Shown here: positions 59,973 through 63,287 of the stretch, piece after piece
How the letters are laid out: the number at the start of each line of letters is the position of its first letter
Numbering within the stretch: the first letter of the stretch is position 1
IMG/VR virus record: IMGVR_UViG_3300048623_000041
Span: 1 to 63,287 of that record
Reading direction: 5' to 3' (one strand)
Source: a virus
DNA: 63,287 nucleotides
Program-made: the position numbers and the translations under genes
The notes under the pieces: generated by a model
What the model was told of the DNA's origin: nothing
Databases searched by the model: none
What the model saw: only the letters and a program-made list of their open reading frames with translations

Positions 59973-60496
59973 TCAGCCAGTCTTCAACAAAGCGCTTTTG
60001 GAGATATGTCGATAAAACGCCAGGCCATGGGCCTAATGGCGATTGCTGGCTTTGGACTGGCCCGATGTCCAGAGATTACGGCAGAATGGGGTGTGATGGC
60101 AAAAGGCGAAGAGCAACCCATATCTCGTGGGAAATTGCCACAGGGCAAGAGTTCCCGGAGGGCGCGTTCGGACTTCATAGTTGCGATAATCCGCCCTGTG
60201 TAAATGGCGCCCACATCTTCCCTGGCACCAATACGGATAACGCCGCTGACAAGTCGGCGAAGGGGCGGCACCACATGCAGAATGTATCGACCTGCCCCAG
60301 CGGGCACGACCTATCTGGCGATAACCTTCTCATAGATCGGCGAGGGCATAGGCGCTGCAGGTGCTGTCAACAAAAACATAATCGAGATTATGCCACAAGG
60401 CGTCGAAAGCAAGCCCGAGCGGCAATCGCCGCCCTCACCCCTGCTCCCAGCCCCGCACAGTCCACCGCCGCCGACACGCCAGCCACACCCGGTTGA
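59969..60496 (+). CDS. HNH endonuclease
   Basis: LHSCDNPPCVNGAHIFPGTNTDNAADK, plus a C-terminal Cys/His cluster. Confidence 0.75.
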   Translation: MISQSSTKRFWRYVDKTPGHGPNGDCWLWTGPMSRDYGRMGCDGKRRRATHISWEIATGQEFPEGAFGLHSCDNPPCVNGAHIFPGTNTDNAADKSAKGRHHMQNVSTCPSGHDLSGDNLLIDRRGHRRCRCCQQKHNRDYATRRRKQARAAIAALTPAPSPAQSTAADTPATPG

Positions 60497-60534
60497 GTGC
60501 GGGCACGCAGTGAACATCGAATGGAGACCCCAAG

Positions 60535-60909
60535 ATGAGACGGCTTGATAGCAACGATGACCTGATGAACGGCGTTGTGACCTATGAATTTGGGGACGGC
60601 CACCGCATTTGTTTAGATGAGCGGGCGGTTCGCGAATATGGCGCTGAGACAATAATTCGCGATATGGGCTATGGGTATTTTCTCGAAACGAAGCGCCTGC
60701 CGGTCATGCAAAACGGAAAGCAAGTAGGCACGCTACCGCCAAACTTTGACGCCCTGATGGTTAGGAGCCGATCGCCATTTTACGATGTCCGCCCTGGTGA
60801 CTTCATTAGGCAGGGCGATGTGTGGACGGCAAGCAAGATGCTTGGCCGCGGCGATCTTGAGGCGGTTCCGGGATTCGTGTGGGATAAGTCATCTTCCAGC
60901 AGGGCGTAG
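60535..60909 (+). CDS. Hypothetical protein
   Basis: 124 aa. Last gene of the plus-strand block. Confidence 0.55.
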   Translation: MRRLDSNDDLMNGVVTYEFGDGHRICLDERAVREYGAETIIRDMGYGYFLETKRLPVMQNGKQVGTLPPNFDALMVRSRSPFYDVRPGDFIRQGDVWTASKMLGRGDLEAVPGFVWDKSSSSRA

Positions 60910-60945
60910 GCTTCGGGGAGCATGGGGCCTTATAGCGCGCCGACC

Positions 60946-63081
60946 CTAAGCCGCGAACACCGTCATCCCACCCGGCAGGCTATTATCCCCGCCAATCATG
61001 TTGTGCAGCCTGAACCGGACGGCCACGACGTCGTTGCACGATCCGCGCCAGGTCTTGAGGCCATTGGTGACGTCGACATCGTAGAAGATCGAATTGTACA
61101 TCACGGCGCCGGACATCAGGAAGATCGCGTTCCGGATGACCGTGCCCCCGACCGTATCCATCACGAACTTGAAATTGATCAGGAAGACGTTCCGGAAGTG
61201 GCCGTTGTCGTCGAAGTACGGCCCCTGCGCATTGGCCGCCACGAACTCGATATTATAGAAGCAGCCGCCATAAGGAAGGTCGGTGGAAAGCTGATCCACC
61301 GTCACACGATTGAAGATCTGGAGCGCGTCAGGGTGGAAGCCATCGCCGGCCTGATTGACGCCCGGCGACGACTGGATCCTGCCCGAGGTGATGACGTCGA
61401 ACTTGGAGTTGAGCACGCAGTGACAATTACGGAGCGTGTCGCACGCGATGGTGCCGCCGTGCATATCCTTGATCAGCACCGCGCCCGGGAACGAGTTCGG
61501 CCAGTTGGTGATCGAGCCGCCGGTGACGAACAGATAGCAGGACACGTTCGAGATCGGGAAGACGTCGCCGACCTTGAGGTAGGATGCACCACGATCGAAC
61601 CGCGGATTCTCCAGCCAGAGCTTGCCCGTGGCCGAGGTCGGGAACGGGAACGTGCCGGTATAGGCGATGTTGCGCAGCCGCAGCATCGGCAGGCCCGAGC
61701 CGGAGACGCTGTTGATGACGACATTGGTCTGCCCGGTATCGGCCTCGACGACGGCCCATCGCCGGTTATCGGCAAAGCCCGAGGGATTATAGGTGTAGGT
61801 GCCGTTGCGCAGCTTGATCCGGGCGCCGCCGATCGAGTTGCCATTGGTCGGGCCGATGACCTGAAACGCGCGCAGCAGCGTCTTGTAGGCGGCGTTCGCG
61901 GTGTTGCCGCTGTTGGCGTCATTGCCAGCCACCGAATCCACATATTTGACCGGCGCCGCGAGCGTGCCGTTGGCGTTGGTGCAGAAGCGGAACCCGCGCG
62001 GGCTGAACTTGTCGTCACCCTGGCCGATGATGATGTCGCCGTTGAACGGCACCGATCGGATCCGGACTTCGCGCAGGATCGTGCCCGAGGTCGTGTAGAC
62101 CCCGTCCGGATACTGGTCCGGGTCGACGATGACCTTGAACGACCAGCGATTCGTGGTCGGGCTGTAGCGCACGGGCACGCGCACGGCCGGACCGTTGTCG
62201 AGTTGCGCCTCGGCATAGTCGACGCCCCAGGTCGGGTTCTGGCGCGCATCCCATGCTGATTTCGGCCCGGTGTGGAAATTGACGAACTCGAGCACGGTCT
62301 GCTGCGTCAATTCGTCATAGGTGACGTCGCACCACCACAGCCCGGGCTTGTGGCCGTAGCCGATCCCGGTCGAGGATCCGATGTTCGCGGTCCCCGCCAG
62401 GGGCGCGGTCCAGCCGCTGCCCTTCTGCAGGATCGGGATGTCGGTCGCGGCGGTGACGGTGAAGGTCCACGGCCCGAGATCGGCGGTCTGGCCGATGCTG
62501 TCGGTGGCGCGGATCCGGATCGGCGTGAAGGTTCCGGCCGTGCTGGCCCCGAGCGTTACCGTCGCCCGGTCGCCCGCGGTGTTCATGGCGATGCTGGAGC
62601 CAGCCGGGGGCGAGCCGATGAAGATCGCGCTGTAGCGCTGTCCGACCGTTGCAGGCCTGCCCCCGGTGATGTCGATCGTGAAGGTGACGCTGTCGCCCTG
62701 CAGGGCAGACGTGACGGGCGTGCCGATGATCTGGAGCGGTGCCGAGGGGTTGTCCTGCACCAGCGTCGTAGCCGCGCTCGCCTCGACCCCGATGGCACCG
62801 TAGAGCGTGGTCGCCGTGATCTCGGCGCGGACCTGCTTGCCGATCTGTTCGGCCTTCAGGATGAGCGTATCAGCGGTCTCGCCCGGAATATCATCCCAGA
62901 ACAGCGACGGGATCGTCTGCGTCTGCCACTGCACCGCATAGGCGACGATCGGGATGCTCCACGTCCCCGGCGAGGTCAGGGTCAGGGTCTGACCCACCCG
63001 GGGCGTTCCGGACGTGGTGGGAAGCGCGGTGGCGACAGGCGCCTGCCGCACCCGTCCCCGCAGAGCCAATGGCAAAGGCAT
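60946..63081 (-). CDS. Tailspike / polysaccharide depolymerase candidate (Ig-like N-domains plus pectate-lyase-type beta-helix)
   Basis: Trimmed to ATG 63081 (MPLPLALRGRV...) with GGAG upstream. VKYVDSVAGNDANSGNTANAAYKTLLRAFQ...IKLRNGTYTY is a typical beta-helix N-cap. Confidence 0.7.
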   Translation of the reverse strand: MPLPLALRGRVRQAPVATALPTTSGTPRVGQTLTLTSPGTWSIPIVAYAVQWQTQTIPSLFWDDIPGETADTLILKAEQIGKQVRAEITATTLYGAIGVEASAATTLVQDNPSAPLQIIGTPVTSALQGDSVTFTIDITGGRPATVGQRYSAIFIGSPPAGSSIAMNTAGDRATVTLGASTAGTFTPIRIRATDSIGQTADLGPWTFTVTAATDIPILQKGSGWTAPLAGTANIGSSTGIGYGHKPGLWWCDVTYDELTQQTVLEFVNFHTGPKSAWDARQNPTWGVDYAEAQLDNGPAVRVPVRYSPTTNRWSFKVIVDPDQYPDGVYTTSGTILREVRIRSVPFNGDIIIGQGDDKFSPRGFRFCTNANGTLAAPVKYVDSVAGNDANSGNTANAAYKTLLRAFQVIGPTNGNSIGGARIKLRNGTYTYNPSGFADNRRWAVVEADTGQTNVVINSVSGSGLPMLRLRNIAYTGTFPFPTSATGKLWLENPRFDRGASYLKVGDVFPISNVSCYLFVTGGSITNWPNSFPGAVLIKDMHGGTIACDTLRNCHCVLNSKFDVITSGRIQSSPGVNQAGDGFHPDALQIFNRVTVDQLSTDLPYGGCFYNIEFVAANAQGPYFDDNGHFRNVFLINFKFVMDTVGGTVIRNAIFLMSGAVMYNSIFYDVDVTNGLKTWRGSCNDVVAVRFRLHNMIGGDNSLPGGMTVFAA

Positions 63082-63094
63082 CAGCCTGGTCTCC

Positions 63095-63287
63095 TCACGT
63101 CGAGATCGCGAGGGTCGCAGCGACCCATTGCGTGTTGCTGTTGGTGAACGCGGCCGGGTTCGTGCTCGAAAGCGCCGGGGCCGTCCGCGAGCAGGAGGCG
63201 ACGACGACGCCGCCGGATCCGCCATTGCCGCGATAATCGCCGCCGCTGTACCCGGCAGGATAGAAAGAGACCGCGTTACCGCCGTTG
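63095..63287 (-). CDS. 3' end of the junction-spanning fibre gene (63161..63287 duplicates 1..127)
   Basis: The same frame continues ...NPAAFTNSNTQWVAATLAIST then TGA at 63097-63095. GGAG and the ATG of the next gene follow 13 nt later. Confidence 0.75.
   Translation of the reverse strand, partial: NGGNAVSFYPAGYSGGDYRGNGGSGGVVVASCSRTAPALSSTNPAAFTNSNTQWVAATLAIST
63161..63287. repeat. Second copy of the 127-bp terminal overlap
   Basis: Identical to 1..127. Confidence 0.95.

Overview
This GC-rich 63,287-nt window is a circularly closed contig. Bases 1-127 are identical to 63161-63287, so the unique replicon is 63,160 bp. It reads as a complete temperate phage. It is probably short-tailed: I saw no tape-measure, sheath or tube genes, and there is a block of internal-virion/ejection proteins. 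The host is likely a GC-rich alphaproteobacterium; Sphingomonadales is a guess based on a PEPxxWA-CTERM cargo gene and a GcrA-like gene.

Layout:
- Minus strand 16742 down to 7366: Cro-like regulator, replication initiator-like gene, DUF559 nuclease, MT-A70 methylase, metallopeptidase, TerS-like gene and the ATPase half of TerL.
- Minus strand 7349 down through the contig junction to 60946: receptor-binding cluster with two beta-helix tailspikes, an SGNH-like protein and a fibre gene that spans the junction.
- Plus strand 16830-27105: CI/LexA-like repressor, early genes, HNH-AP2, RecT, tyrosine integrase, an attP matching the 3' half of tRNA-Val(GAC), and PEP-CTERM cargo.
- Minus strand 54520 down to 41530: nuclease half of TerL, portal, OmpR-type wHTH, scaffold, N4-gp56-type capsid, tubular-like proteins, S74 fibre and the lysis cassette.
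- Plus-strand island 40357-41546: two tRNAs and a gp49-like gene.
- Minus strand 40182 down to 27102: ejection proteins, including a 3249-aa polyvalent protein.
- Plus strand 54701-60909: A/T-richer accessory block with C5-methylase, ASCH, Ser/Thr phosphatase, many mini-ORFs and an HNH.

Most notable observations:
1. terL is split into two intact, complementary ORFs 16 kb apart.
2. A 17-nt dyad motif ((A/T)TATC-N7-GATAT) recurs about 10 times and is present at all three divergent strand switches.
3. The phosphatase gene is a cassette flanked by 55-bp direct repeats.

All family calls rest on motif recognition by eye and memory. No searches were run.
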